NCBI GenBank assembly: GCA_965214705.1
Contig: OZ243972.1
Coordinates: 1,248,001 to 1,312,000, forward strand
Direction of reading: 5' to 3'
Source: Alphaproteobacteria bacterium
GTDB lineage: Bacteria; Pseudomonadota; Alphaproteobacteria; UBA828
Length of the DNA: 64,000 nt
In this document: in pieces, positions 30,078 to 39,909 of the stretch
Layout of the letters: the number at the start of each line of letters is the position of its first letter
How positions within the stretch are numbered: the first letter of the stretch is position 1
Translations under genes and position numbers: made by a program
The notes under the pieces: generated by a model
Seen by the model: the letters and a program-made list of their open reading frames with translations, nothing else
Database searches by the model: none
Told to the model about the DNA's origin: nothing

Positions 30078-32375
30078 TCAGCCTCCGGTTCCGCTGCGCC
30101 CGGCGCGCGCACCCACTCGGACCGCGCCCAGCCGGGTCATGCCTGCGACCGCGGTCCCGCCGGTCCGCTCGCCGCCGTCCTCCCCGGCGCCGGCGCGTCC
30201 GCCGATCCAGTCGAGGACGGCGCCCGGCAGCAGGTCGATCAGCTTGAAGGACGCGTTCATCAGCCCGTAGGCCACGATCACGTAGAGCGCGAGCATGGCG
30301 AGGAACCCGACGGGGCCGAGCCCGGCGCTCGCGCCGGCGTCCCGCATCTGCGGCAGCCAGACCTGGTTGAACAGCCCGATCGCGGCCAGGAACACGAAGT
30401 AGCCGAGGATGAGGCCCAAGAGCATCAGCGCGGGCCGCAGCACCAGCGCCGGGAGGAACAGCCAGCCTTGCCGCGTGGCCTGTACGGTGAGCCGGTTCCC
30501 GTCCTCGCGGGTGACGTGGGCGGCTGCGAACACGGTGACGGCCAGAACCGCGACGGCCACGTTGAGGATCCAGCCGAGAATGCCGAACAGGAAGCGGATG
30601 AAGGGGAGCGCAGGCAGCACGTAGGCCAGGACGGCGCCCGCGACGATGAGGAGTCCGAGCAGGGTCGAGACCAGGGCGTCCGAGACCTGCCAGGCCGATT
30701 CGAAGACGTCGAGCCCCTTGCCGATGAAGGGGATGGATTCGAGCAGCCCCGAGCCGGTCGCGGCGCCCATGAGCGCCACGACGGCGGCGAGCGCGGCGTT
30801 CAGGAGGCCGTGGCCCAGCGCGGCCAGGTCGGCGATGGGGTTGCCGCTGTCGGCGAGGATGACGGAGTCCAAGTCGATGAACTCGAGCAGCCCCGACATC
30901 ATGCCGCGGCTGTCGCCGTCCGACGAAGGGAGCGCGCCGGCGCCGGCGTTGGCGGCCGACAGCAGCATCGGGTGGTAGCGGCTGGAGCGGGCGAGCTGCG
31001 CCGCCACACCTTTGACGGCAGCGTCTGCCGAAGGGACCCACTCGTCGAGGCTCGGCACCGGAAGCGCCACCGAGGGCACGTTGTGGGCGGCGGCCTGGAA
31101 GAGGCCGACGCGATGCGCGATGGTGTTGAAGAAGGACGCGGCGGCCATCCAGGACGCCTCGCGCGCGTCCTCCGCCACCACCCGCGCGAGGGTCTCGCGC
31201 TCCTCCGAGGCGGCTTGCGTCAGCGCGTCGTCGAGCACCCTCGAATAGGCGTCGGCCAGGTCCTCACCTGCCAGCAGAGCGTCGATGTCGGGCAGCGGGC
31301 GGCCGTAGAGCGGGGTCCCGGGCACGTAGTGGGCGGCGAGGCCGGCGGCGATCGAGCGGATGGCCGGCAGCAGGCCGGTGAGCGCGCGGCGATGACCCTC
31401 GGCCGCGAGGCCCGGCGCGCCGTCCGCCTCGAGCCCTGTGAAGCGGATCGAACCGCACATGCCGTCCGGCATGCCGCGGCCGTCCCCGTCGTAGCCAAGC
31501 GTCACCCCGCCGTCGTCCTCATCTTCGTCGATCTCGACGTAAGGGTCGTCGCCGGCTTGGGCCGCGCTCTCGTTGGCGGCCCGGGCGCAGGTCTCGGCAA
31601 TCAGGGTGCGGGAGATCGCGGCGCGCCAGAGCGCCTCGCGGGGGCGCGGCACGATCGGCCGGCTCTCGGCCAGCGCCTCTTCCGAGAACGGCTTCCAGAC
31701 GGCGTTGGCGAAGTCGCCGCCGAGATGGGCGAGGCCCACCACCGCGTGCTGCGCCCCGTTGAGCCCGCCCGGCAGCGGCGCCATCAGGGCGACGGCCGCG
31801 ACGATGCGCACGATCGCCCAGGCGCCGAAGCCGAAGCGGCCCTCGCGGGCGGTGTCGACGGTGCCCGCGGCGGCGTGCCAGACCAGCAGGAAGCCGGCGA
31901 GCACCAGCACGCCGGCGTTGAAGGCGAACAGCATGTCGCCCACGGCGGACGACCGGTCTCCGGCACGAGTGTCCGCGCCGAGACCGCCCAGGAAGGCCAG
32001 CACCTCGCGCGTCAGGCTGTCGGTGTCGGCAAAGAGGCCGCGATCGATGGTCTGTGCCGACGCAGGATCGGGCGGCGGGATCGCAGCCACGGCGAGACCC
32101 GCGGCAGCGAGCAGCAGGACGAGCCAGAGGAGGCCGGGACGGAACCGCCCGGTCCGTGGACCGGCCACGACGCGCGGATCTTCCGCTCCGTCACTGACGC
32201 CCGCCGCCGGGCCGCCGCTAACGGCCTCTCCTTCGTCTCCGGCGTCCGTCCCGGCAGGCGACGGCCCCGGCCGGCACGCCAATTCGATCAGCGCGCGCAG
32301 CACGGCCGCCGACCGCAGCACGGCCGCGAGCGGCCGGCCGAGCTCGAGGGCGAACAGGAAGCGGAGCGGGCGCAT
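30078..32375 (-). CDS. dotA: DotA/TraY family inner-membrane protein
   Basis: FNAGVLV...GTVDTAREG, VRIV...MAPLPGGLNGAQ, WMAAASFF, YVLPALPFIRF, LVLRPALMLLG, SFKLIDLLPGAVLDWIG. Start is approximate. Confidence 0.85.
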   Translation of the reverse strand: MRPLRFLFALELGRPLAAVLRSAAVLRALIELACRPGPSPAGTDAGDEGEAVSGGPAAGVSDGAEDPRVVAGPRTGRFRPGLLWLVLLLAAAGLAVAAIPPPDPASAQTIDRGLFADTDSLTREVLAFLGGLGADTRAGDRSSAVGDMLFAFNAGVLVLAGFLLVWHAAAGTVDTAREGRFGFGAWAIVRIVAAVALMAPLPGGLNGAQHAVVGLAHLGGDFANAVWKPFSEEALAESRPIVPRPREALWRAAISRTLIAETCARAANESAAQAGDDPYVEIDEDEDDGGVTLGYDGDGRGMPDGMCGSIRFTGLEADGAPGLAAEGHRRALTGLLPAIRSIAAGLAAHYVPGTPLYGRPLPDIDALLAGEDLADAYSRVLDDALTQAASEERETLARVVAEDAREASWMAAASFFNTIAHRVGLFQAAAHNVPSVALPVPSLDEWVPSADAAVKGVAAQLARSSRYHPMLLSAANAGAGALPSSDGDSRGMMSGLLEFIDLDSVILADSGNPIADLAALGHGLLNAALAAVVALMGAATGSGLLESIPFIGKGLDVFESAWQVSDALVSTLLGLLIVAGAVLAYVLPALPFIRFLFGILGWILNVAVAVLAVTVFAAAHVTREDGNRLTVQATRQGWLFLPALVLRPALMLLGLILGYFVFLAAIGLFNQVWLPQMRDAGASAGLGPVGFLAMLALYVIVAYGLMNASFKLIDLLPGAVLDWIGGRAGAGEDGGERTGGTAVAGMTRLGAVRVGARAGRSGTGG
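31955..31974 (-). repeat. 15-bp family unit in dotA (ADTRAGD)
   Basis: GGTCTCCGGCACGAGTGTCC. Confidence 0.8.
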
Positions 32376-32380
32376 GGCGT

Positions 32381-33574
32381 TCAGTTGGCGCCCGCCGCCG
32401 GGTTGGCGAGGCCGGGCAGGCGCCGCATCTCTTCCACACCCAGCGCGAGCGCGGCAGCGTCGATGGCGCCCCGCCGCTCGTCGGTGCGGTAGCGCTGCCA
32501 GTCGAGCATGAGCGAAACCGCCTGGAGCGTGACCAGCTCGCGCAGCAGGTTCTCGGCCGACATCCCCTGGAGGCGCACGAACCAGTCGGGGTCCTCGAAG
32601 CGGCGGCTCGCGAGCAGCTCGAGGAGCTCGTAGCGGCTCACCGGGTTCCCGGCATCGCGCCGTGATATCCCGGCAACGGCCGCAGCCCATGCGCCGAGCG
32701 CGGCGCCGGGCGCCCTGAGCGAGCGGGCGCCGGCGAAGTAGTCGGCGGCCAGCGCCGTCCTTGCGTCCGCCGCGCGCGCGAGCAGCACGCGGCGGCGCTC
32801 GCGCTCGGTATCGGCGGAGGCGAGCGGCGGCGGGTCGTGCACCACGGGCGCGGCGAGATTGCGCGAGAGCTCGATCGCCGAGCGCAGCTCTTCCCCGCTC
32901 GCGAAGGTGCGGCGGTCGAACAGCGTGCCGGCCCTGAGATCCGCGCCGTGCATGGCGTGCACGCCCCGGCAGACACTCGTGCCGAAGAGCGCGGGGTCCT
33001 CGCCGGCGCGTGCCGCGTTGCAATAGGTCTGCGTGAGGGTCTCGAAGCGAGCGGCGTCGCCGGCCGCTGCGCCGGGACGGTCGACTACGGCCCGGTCGCC
33101 CGTGATCCGCCCGGTCTCGGTAATGGCGGCGCTCGCCCTGGCGCGGGCGCTTGCCGCGCCCGTCGCGGCGAGTCCCGCGAGTCCGGTGATCCCCTCGCAG
33201 GCGCCCCGGGCGGGGCGGCGCGCCCGCATGGCCTCGGTCTCGGCCGCCTCGCGCGCGATCTGCGCCTGCAGCCTGGTCTGCGAATCGAGCGCGCCGGTGA
33301 TCGCCCTGGCGCTCTGGGCGGTGTAGCCCGAGAGCTGTCCGGTCTGGAGGCGGAGCGCCTCGACGATGGCGCGCTCCATCTCGTCGATCTCTTGCGTGAG
33401 ATCCCGGATGACGCGGCTCGCCTCGCGGCGGTCGTCGTCGGTACGGTCGCAGGCGTGAGCCAATGCCTGTGCCGGCGCCAGGAGCGCAGCCCCCAGGAGC
33501 ACGGTCGCGGCCAGGGCGGCCCCGGCCGACCCGCTGGTGCCGAGGCCCGAGGGTGTGTAACGTCTCGCGCTCAT
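32381..33574 (-). CDS. Secreted conjugation protein, TraW (IncI)-like
   Basis: Signal peptide and coiled coil; C-terminal SRYELL...RRFEDPDWF...ENLLRELV; lies just upstream of dotA/traY. Confidence 0.55.
   Translation of the reverse strand: MSARRYTPSGLGTSGSAGAALAATVLLGAALLAPAQALAHACDRTDDDRREASRVIRDLTQEIDEMERAIVEALRLQTGQLSGYTAQSARAITGALDSQTRLQAQIAREAAETEAMRARRPARGACEGITGLAGLAATGAASARARASAAITETGRITGDRAVVDRPGAAAGDAARFETLTQTYCNAARAGEDPALFGTSVCRGVHAMHGADLRAGTLFDRRTFASGEELRSAIELSRNLAAPVVHDPPPLASADTERERRRVLLARAADARTALAADYFAGARSLRAPGAALGAWAAAVAGISRRDAGNPVSRYELLELLASRRFEDPDWFVRLQGMSAENLLRELVTLQAVSLMLDWQRYRTDERRGAIDAAALALGVEEMRRLPGLANPAAGAN
32971..32988 (+). repeat. 15-bp family unit in the traW-like gene (FGTSV)
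   Basis: AGACACTCGTGCCGAAGA. Confidence 0.7.
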
Positions 33575-34146
33575 CGGCCGCCCTCCACCACGCCCCGGAA
33601 CAGCTCGGCATCCGCGTCGTTCGCCCGAATGTCGTCGAGGACATTGCGCCTCTCCCAGTCGAGGTCGAGGCCGGGAAGTCGGCGGGCCGGCACGGTGTAG
33701 ACCGATGCGTCGAGCCCCCTGCCCAGGTAGCGGCGGTAGGCATCGCGCGCCACCGCGCAGAGGCGCCGCCGCGCCAGATCGAGGATGTCGTCGAGCGCGC
33801 CCGCCGGATCGAACAGCACGTCGAAGGCGCGGTAGTCGAACAGGTCCCGGATGCAGGAGAAGTCGAAGATGGAATCGGGGTTGCGGATGCCCTGGTCGGG
33901 ATGGCGGATAATGGCGAGATCGGCCTCGACACCGGCCTCGGCGCTTTTCGCCAGCGCCTCGGCCACCGCCGGATCGCACGCGTCAGCCTGCGCGTCAGCG
34001 TGGCCGACGGAAGCCTGCCCGCCTGGATCGCTGCTTGCCGCCGCCCCGCCGCCTGGCGGCGCCTGCGCGGAAGACTGCGCCTCCGCCGGCGCCGCCCACA
34101 GAAGCAGAACGAGCGCCGCCACAGGCGCGCGCCTGAACTTACTCAT
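33571..34146 (-). CDS. Hypothetical secreted Cys-containing protein in the transfer operon
   Basis: Start MSKFRRAPVAALVLLLWAAPAEA (signal peptide); CDP...PDSIFDFSC...LC; translationally coupled on both sides. Confidence 0.6.
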   Translation of the reverse strand: MSKFRRAPVAALVLLLWAAPAEAQSSAQAPPGGGAAASSDPGGQASVGHADAQADACDPAVAEALAKSAEAGVEADLAIIRHPDQGIRNPDSIFDFSCIRDLFDYRAFDVLFDPAGALDDILDLARRRLCAVARDAYRRYLGRGLDASVYTVPARRLPGLDLDWERRNVLDDIRANDADAELFRGVVEGGR

Positions 34147-34603
34147 CGCCCGCCCCGTCATCGGCCCCCGGGTCCTCGGCCCGAGGGTCCTCGGCCCGAG
34201 GGTCTCCCGCCTCGGGTTCTCCGGCAGGCTCCCCGGCGCCGTCCGCATGGCCCGCGCCGGCCTTCGGCCTGAGCACGTTCACCACGCCCTGCGGGCCGGC
34301 GACGATGACCTCCGTCACCTTCCGCCTGATGCCCTTGCCGTCGTCGTACTCGCGGGTGGCGAGCCGGCCCTCGACCAGCACCGGGGAGCCCTTGCGCACC
34401 ATGTCCTCGACCGGCTTGACCGCGCCGCCGTAGACGACGATGCGGTGCCAGTCCGTCTTCTCGACCGCAGCCCCGCCCTCGCCCTTCCAGCGCCGCGTGG
34501 TGGCAAGCGTGAACCAGGCGGTCCTCTCGTCCTCCGACAGCTTGCGCCCCTCGGGATCGCGGCCCGCATGGCCCAGCAGCGTGACCCTGTTCATGTGCAA
34601 CAT
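34139..34603 (-). CDS. ssb: Single-stranded DNA-binding protein
   Basis: MNRVTLLGHAGRDPE, TDWHRIV, KGSPVLVEGRL. The tail is built from repeat units (GDPRAEDPRAEDP) and lacks the usual DDIPF end. Confidence 0.9.
   Translation of the reverse strand: MLHMNRVTLLGHAGRDPEGRKLSEDERTAWFTLATTRRWKGEGGAAVEKTDWHRIVVYGGAVKPVEDMVRKGSPVLVEGRLATREYDDGKGIRRKVTEVIVAGPQGVVNVLRPKAGAGHADGAGEPAGEPEAGDPRAEDPRAEDPGADDGAGDE
34161..34207 (-). repeat. 3 x 15-bp family array in the ssb tail
   Basis: TCGGCCCCCGGGTCC TCGGCCCGAGGGTCC TCGGCCCGAGGGTCT. Confidence 0.85.
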
Positions 34604-34621
34604 GTCCTGCCTCCTTTCGGC

Positions 34622-37600
34622 TCAGGGTTGAGATCGGGCCGGCCCGTTCGGGACCGGCCGGGGTGAATCCGATGTCTCGTGCGCGGCCGCGCGCGCGACC
34701 TCCTCCGCGAGCCGGTCGAGCACGGCCTCCTCCGACGCCGCACGTCCGGTGTCCGGCGAATCCGGACGCGCGAGCTCGCCCTCGATACGCGGCCGAGCGG
34801 TGCCCTCCGGGAACGCCCGTGCCAGCGCCGCCCGGGCGCGGGCTGGCGGCAACTGGCCGTAGAGCCGTCTCCGCAGCGCGACGTCCGCCGGGCTGGTGGT
34901 GAGCGCCCAGAGCTCGACCGGGCCCGGCGTGTTGACGACGAGCTGCTCGAAGCGCCCGCCCTGGCCGGCGGCGATCAGCAGCGCCGGCGCCCCGTCCCGT
35001 CCGGGTCCGGTGAGCCGGTAGCGGATGACGTCCGAGAGCGTGTCGCTCAGCCCGAAGGCGGCCGCGAGCGCCTCGGCTTCCTTCGCCTTGCCGCCGGAGC
35101 CCAGGATCCAGTATCGGTTGGCGAGCTCGGCGAGCGCGCCGCCGAAGTCGTCGAGCCGCTGCGAGGCGAGTGCGAGGCGCACCCGGAGCTTCCGGGCCTC
35201 GCGCACGTCGCGCTCGACCTGGGCGCGCGCGGCCGGCGCGCCGGCGGTGCGGTGGAACTCGTCGTAGCAGAGCCGCTTCGGCGATTCGCGGATGTCGCGC
35301 AGCCTGGCCGCGTGCCAATCCCGGTAAGGCTCCGGAATCGCGCCGAGCGCGTCCTCGCCGATCCACCAGTGGCGGGTCAGCGCGTGGCGCGCGAGCAGAT
35401 AGAAGGCGGCGGACTGCCGGTCGGCCTCGGCCGAGCCCTGCGGCGCGACCTCGGCGAGATCGATCGCCGCGAGCCGCGCGCCGCCGACGTCGAAGGCGGT
35501 AGGAGAAAACATCACCGGCCAGTCGCCGGAGAGAGCCGTCAGGATGCGGATGAAGGCCTGGGTGACGCTCTCGCCGCCGCTGCCGTATCTCGCATCCCCC
35601 ACCAGCCCCTGAACGGCGGGCTCGCGCGCGCTCGCCAGCAGGTCGGCGAGGACCGGCACCGCGTAGCGCTGCGCCCGCGCGGCCGCATCGATGGCGCCCG
35701 CCTCGAACAGCAAGTCCACCACCTCCCACCAGAGCGGGCTCTCGGGGAGGCGGAGGCCTGACGCCGCGATCGCGGCGTCCACGTCTGCGTCGCGGCCTTC
35801 CGTGTAAGCGTGGGGCTCGGCTCCGGCCACCTTGTCCGAGCGCATCTCGTAGGCGCCCGTCAGCGCCGGCCCCAGCAGCTCCCGCATGCCGTCCGGCACG
35901 CCGGCGGCGGAGCCTCGGGCCGGACACTCGTGCCGCAGACCCGCCGGCGTCACCATCAGGCCGAGCAGGTTCATCAGGAAGGCGCGCTCGGCAGGCAGCG
36001 GCGCGCGGCAGCCGAGCTGCGTGTCGCAGGGGTTGATCGCATGCTCGGGCGTCATGCGGAGCGGGAACCAGCCCGCCTCGTGGCGGCGGCCGGGCGGCAG
36101 GGCCTCGCGGACCAGCGAGATCAGCCCGGAGGACGACGGGCCGATGTCGATCACCGCGGCCAGCGGAAGGCTCGCCTGGCCGCCCTGCAGCGAGAACGCC
36201 AGGCCCAGGGCGTTCATCAACACCGACTTGCCCTGGCCGGGCAGGCCGTAGATCAGCTCGAAGCCATAGTCGCCGCCCTCTGCCGGGGCCAGCGGCAGAG
36301 GCTTGCCGTCGGGCGAGCGGAACAGGTGCGCGGCCTCCGCCCCGGAGGAGAGCCGCGAGAGCGGCGCGGGCCGGCTGACCGGGAAGAGGTGCAGGGCCTC
36401 GGACAGGGGGGCCAGGGCGGGTTCCGCGGTGGCGCCGCAGCAGAAGCCCGGGACCGAAGCGCAATAACTCTCCAGCGGATCGCCCGTGAGCGGCGTGAAC
36501 ACCGCCTCGCCCCAGCCCTCGGCCACCTGCTGCAGGCGGCCGAGGCGGACGGCGAGCGCCGTCTCTCCGTCTTCCGCGCCGACCCAGGTGAGGGTGCCTA
36601 AGCGCAGCCGGACGATGGCATGCGCGTCTTCGCCGAGCGCCGCGAGGTCCCGAAGCGCGTTGCGGGCGAGCAGGCTGTCCGACGACGAGAACGCGAGGAA
36701 GGAAGAGGCGACGCGGGAAACGGTCGTATCCAGGCGGTGCATGCCGCCGCCCTCGATCAGCAGCGAGAGGCGGCAGGGGAGGCCCGCGCCCGCGAGCCCC
36801 GCCATCAGCTCGGAGAACGGCCGGGCCCTGCGCGGCCCCAGCGACATGTCGAGCGCGCCGTAGAGGCGCCCGCCGATGCGGATGCCGCCGCCGGTCCGCT
36901 CGGGCTCGCGCACCAGCAGCTGCGGGGCGAGCGGCGGCGGGAAGGCGCCTGTGTCGGGCGGCTCGGTGAACCGCGCCGGCGCATCGTTGGCGCCGGTCAC
37001 CGGGCGCCAGTCGGATGCAGTCGAGGCCGCGCCGTTCACCATGCGCCGCATGAGGCGAAGCGCGTCCTCCTCCGGCAGCCTCCGGCCTTCGATCCCGGTC
37101 TCCGCGAGCACAGCCACGACCGCGTCGAGCAGCGCCTCGTGACGCGCCCACAGTCCTTCGAGCGCGAGATGAGGGCACTGCGCCTCACCGGCCTCGGGCA
37201 GCCAGTCCCTGAGCTTCCTGCGGAGCCCCTTGCGGTCCCGCTCCAGGCGGTCGCGCGGCAGCACGGAGGGCCGGGTCCAGCAGGCCAGCACCAGGGTCTC
37301 GGCCGCGATCAGCGGGGCCAAACGACGCGCCCGCTCGACCAGCAGGTCGTCGAGGTCCAGCCCGAGCCGGCGGGCCTGTCGCCGCGCGGCCTCGGCATGC
37401 GCCTCGGCGAGACCCCCGGCTTCGTCGGGCGCGCGCTCGAACACCATGTGGAGCGCATGGCCGGGATGGGCGAAGGCGGTGTTGAGCCTGAGCGCGGCGA
37501 CCTCCACGAAGCGGTCGAGCTCTTCCGCGCCCATCATCGAGCGGGTGCCGTCGAGACCGATCAGCGAGACCAGCGAGCCGTCGTGGCACACCAGCACGCC

Positions 37601-37720
37601 GCCGCCGCCTTCGAGGGGAACGGCCGCCTGCGGCGCCAGGAAACTCTCCAGCGGCTTGCGGCGCAGCGTCCAGCTCAGGCGCTGCAGGTCGTCGGCGGCG
37701 GCAGCCAGGGAGAGCGGCAT
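34622..37720 (-). CDS. icmB: IcmB/DotO/TraU VirB4-like ATPase of a type IVB secretion system
   Basis: Start MPLSLAAAADD; DGSLVS, FRSPDGK, GLPGQGKS (Walker A), IDIGPSS, INPCDTQLGCR, CYDEFHRT, REARK, ELWALTT. Confidence 0.9.
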   Translation of the reverse strand: MPLSLAAAADDLQRLSWTLRRKPLESFLAPQAAVPLEGGGGVLVCHDGSLVSLIGLDGTRSMMGAEELDRFVEVAALRLNTAFAHPGHALHMVFERAPDEAGGLAEAHAEAARRQARRLGLDLDDLLVERARRLAPLIAAETLVLACWTRPSVLPRDRLERDRKGLRRKLRDWLPEAGEAQCPHLALEGLWARHEALLDAVVAVLAETGIEGRRLPEEDALRLMRRMVNGAASTASDWRPVTGANDAPARFTEPPDTGAFPPPLAPQLLVREPERTGGGIRIGGRLYGALDMSLGPRRARPFSELMAGLAGAGLPCRLSLLIEGGGMHRLDTTVSRVASSFLAFSSSDSLLARNALRDLAALGEDAHAIVRLRLGTLTWVGAEDGETALAVRLGRLQQVAEGWGEAVFTPLTGDPLESYCASVPGFCCGATAEPALAPLSEALHLFPVSRPAPLSRLSSGAEAAHLFRSPDGKPLPLAPAEGGDYGFELIYGLPGQGKSVLMNALGLAFSLQGGQASLPLAAVIDIGPSSSGLISLVREALPPGRRHEAGWFPLRMTPEHAINPCDTQLGCRAPLPAERAFLMNLLGLMVTPAGLRHECPARGSAAGVPDGMRELLGPALTGAYEMRSDKVAGAEPHAYTEGRDADVDAAIAASGLRLPESPLWWEVVDLLFEAGAIDAAARAQRYAVPVLADLLASAREPAVQGLVGDARYGSGGESVTQAFIRILTALSGDWPVMFSPTAFDVGGARLAAIDLAEVAPQGSAEADRQSAAFYLLARHALTRHWWIGEDALGAIPEPYRDWHAARLRDIRESPKRLCYDEFHRTAGAPAARAQVERDVREARKLRVRLALASQRLDDFGGALAELANRYWILGSGGKAKEAEALAAAFGLSDTLSDVIRYRLTGPGRDGAPALLIAAGQGGRFEQLVVNTPGPVELWALTTSPADVALRRRLYGQLPPARARAALARAFPEGTARPRIEGELARPDSPDTGRAASEEAVLDRLAEEVARAAAHETSDSPRPVPNGPARSQP
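35909..35942 (+). repeat. 2 x 15-bp family units in icmB (GLRHECPARGS)
   Basis: GGAGCCTCGGGCCGGACACTCGTGCCGCAGACCC. Confidence 0.75.
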
Positions 37721-37728
37721 GGCTCCTC

Positions 37729-38181
37729 CTACAGCCTCGGCTTGAGGACGGTGTGGCTGCCGCCGTCGATGCCGAAGGTGTCGCCCAGCGCATTGATGAC
37801 GGCGGGTGCCGCGATCAGCGCGACGCCGATCAGGATGGCGATCAGGCCCGAACCGATGGTGGTCTGCTGGGGGTGGTCGACGTGGCGCTTCAGCTTCAGC
37901 AGTCCGAAGCCGACGATGGCGGCGCCGATGATGTAGAAGGCGATGGCGATCAGCCCCGGCACGGTCTCCAGGTCGCCCGCCGCCTCCTGGGCCATGTCCC
38001 CGAGGGAGACCGCCAGCGCCGGGCCCGTGCTCCAGACACTGGTGCCGGAGAGCCACGCCGCGCCCATCAGGGCGGCCGCGACGGGGCCGGGGGACGGAAC
38101 CGCCCCCACACTCGGTGAACGGGGACTCTTCAACTCCAGCAGGATGCGCCGGACGTTTCGCGGGAGGGCTGCGAGGCTCAT
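37729..38181 (-). CDS. IcmD/DotP/TraR-like small membrane protein
   Basis: Two TM helices; YIIG...GLLKLKRH.DHPQQ...LIAAP; lies between icmC-like and icmB. Confidence 0.65.
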   Translation of the reverse strand: MSLAALPRNVRRILLELKSPRSPSVGAVPSPGPVAAALMGAAWLSGTSVWSTGPALAVSLGDMAQEAAGDLETVPGLIAIAFYIIGAAIVGFGLLKLKRHVDHPQQTTIGSGLIAILIGVALIAAPAVINALGDTFGIDGGSHTVLKPRL

Positions 38182-38243
38182 CGGATGTCCTTTCAGCGGA
38201 TGCCCGGCATCCTTCGATGCTTCGCATCGTTCGGTGCTCCGCA

Positions 38244-38783
38244 TCAGTCGATGCTCAGCACTTCGATGCCGAGGCTGGTCTGGACGGCGTCGATCACGGC
38301 GCCGAGGTGCCAGGCGGCGATGCCGCCGGCCATGTGGGCGAAGGCCCGGGCGCCGCCGGCGCCGGGCCTGCCGTCGGCAGCTGCGCGGAGCACGAAGGCG
38401 CCCCGGACGAAGGCGAAGAGCCCGACCAGGGCGACCAGGGCGAACACGGCCGCCAGCAGCGCGTCGTAGTCGGCGCCGCGCCCCCTGTAGCCCAGGCTCG
38501 CGGTGCCGGGCGGGTTCGCCGTGCCGAACAGGCTCTCGCTCGCCGCCCCGAGCCAGGAGGGGAGCGCCGCGAGCACGATGCAGATGACGAAGCTGAGCGC
38601 CGTGCCGCCGGCCGACGGCGCATGGAACTTGTCCTCCGAGGTCTTGAGCAGCCGCAGCAGCCCCTGGGCGAGCGCCATCAACGCGAGCAGGTAGCAGACG
38701 ACCGCGACCAGGATCAGCAGGCCTGGCTCGAGGTCGCGGACCAGCGAGATCATGGCCCGGCCAAGGTCGTTCGACTCAGCCAT
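38244..38783 (-). CDS. IcmC/DotE/TraQ-like membrane protein
   Basis: Start MAESNDLG; four hydrophobic segments; LVGLFAFVRG...AHMAGG. Confidence 0.7.
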   Translation of the reverse strand: MAESNDLGRAMISLVRDLEPGLLILVAVVCYLLALMALAQGLLRLLKTSEDKFHAPSAGGTALSFVICIVLAALPSWLGAASESLFGTANPPGTASLGYRGRGADYDALLAAVFALVALVGLFAFVRGAFVLRAAADGRPGAGGARAFAHMAGGIAAWHLGAVIDAVQTSLGIEVLSID

Positions 38784-39873
38784 CGGGGGAGTCCTTCGTA
38801 CCCGGCGGCGCGGCGAACACCACCACCAGCTCGGTGTCGCGCGCGATACGCACGGTGGGCCGGTCCGGCGCGTTCTCGAGCAGCACGTCGCCGGCGGTGC
38901 GGGCCGCCGTGGCAAGCCCGGCATGGACCGCCTCGCGGGTCGACGACTCCAGACGCTCGTATCGGACGTCGTCCCCGATCACCACGGTCTGCGACGGCCG
39001 GGAGAGGGCGGTCAGGAAGCCCTCGGCGAAGCGCACGGCCGACGGCAGCAGCACGCGCTCGAACCAGTGGCTGTCGACCTCCCCGTCCACCCCGTAGCAG
39101 GCGCAGTCCAGCCCGGCGGCCCAGGCATCGATCGCAAAGCTCCGCCCCCTGTATTCGACGCGGCCGAGCCGCAGCACCAGACGTTCGCCCACCAGCGTGA
39201 ACGCGCCGGAGGCGACGGCTCCCGCAAGCGGCGGCTCCAGTAGCTCCAGCAGCACCGGGCCGGGGTAGTCGGAGTCGACGGCATACATGGTGCGGGCGTA
39301 GAGCCCGGTCCCGGCCGCGATCCGCGGCAGACCCTCGGGCCGGAGAATGGACGCGGCCGCCGGCGGCTCCCGTCCGGCCTCCGGCAGAGGATCCCTGCCC
39401 TCGACGGCAGCGGGATCGCGGGCGGCCGCCGGATAGCGCACACGCACGATCTCGGGCGGCCGCGTCCAGGCCTCGATCAGCACGCCGACGAGACCCTCGG
39501 GCCGCGGGTCGCCGTGGCCCCGGTCCTCCCGGCCGGAAGCGGGAGCACTTTCGGGCCGGCGCCAGGCCTCGTAGGCCGGCTGCGGCGGAGTCGGCGCGCG
39601 GGCCGGCTCTCCTGCGGACCCGGAGGGCGCATCGGCACCGCGCGCCGTCGACGGCCCCTGGAAGACCGGCAGGAAGGTCTCGCCGGCCTCGCGGGCCGCA
39701 TCGAGGCGCTGCCGGTCGCGCTCGTCGAGCGTGTCGCGGTAGGCCGGCGGCACGGCGTCCTCGGGGTCGAGCCTGAGATCGCGGTTGTCGGGGACCTGCG
39801 CCAGGCCGGGACCGGCGAGGCCCGCCACCAGCCATACGGCCAGCAGGACACTCATATGTATAACGCCCGACAC
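38776..39873 (-). CDS. dotG: DotG/IcmE/TraO (VirB10-like) protein
   Basis: AGTGLYA...VDSDYPGPV...GEVDSHWFERVLLPSAVRFAEG...PTVRI. Confidence 0.78.
   Translation of the reverse strand: MSGVIHMSVLLAVWLVAGLAGPGLAQVPDNRDLRLDPEDAVPPAYRDTLDERDRQRLDAAREAGETFLPVFQGPSTARGADAPSGSAGEPARAPTPPQPAYEAWRRPESAPASGREDRGHGDPRPEGLVGVLIEAWTRPPEIVRVRYPAAARDPAAVEGRDPLPEAGREPPAAASILRPEGLPRIAAGTGLYARTMYAVDSDYPGPVLLELLEPPLAGAVASGAFTLVGERLVLRLGRVEYRGRSFAIDAWAAGLDCACYGVDGEVDSHWFERVLLPSAVRFAEGFLTALSRPSQTVVIGDDVRYERLESSTREAVHAGLATAARTAGDVLLENAPDRPTVRIARDTELVVVFAAPPGTKDSPDG
39329..39504 (+). repeat. Two single 15-bp family units in dotG (39329-39346, 39490-39504)
   Basis: AGACCCTCGGGCCGGAGA and GAGACCCTCGGGCCG, both read as RPEGL. 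Confidence 0.75.
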
Positions 39874-39909
39874 GCCGCGCCCCCCGCGCCGCGTCCTTGC
39901 CTTCAGTCC

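Noticed and set aside
32376-33932. N-terminal extension of the 1284-aa dotA ORF, and other long Arg/Pro/Ala-rich ORFs such as 34158-37178, 57875-61168, 29961-32492, 11613-13970 and 8-1345
   Set aside because: Alternative-frame or antisense shadows typical of high-GC DNA; they overlap well-supported genes and show no motifs.
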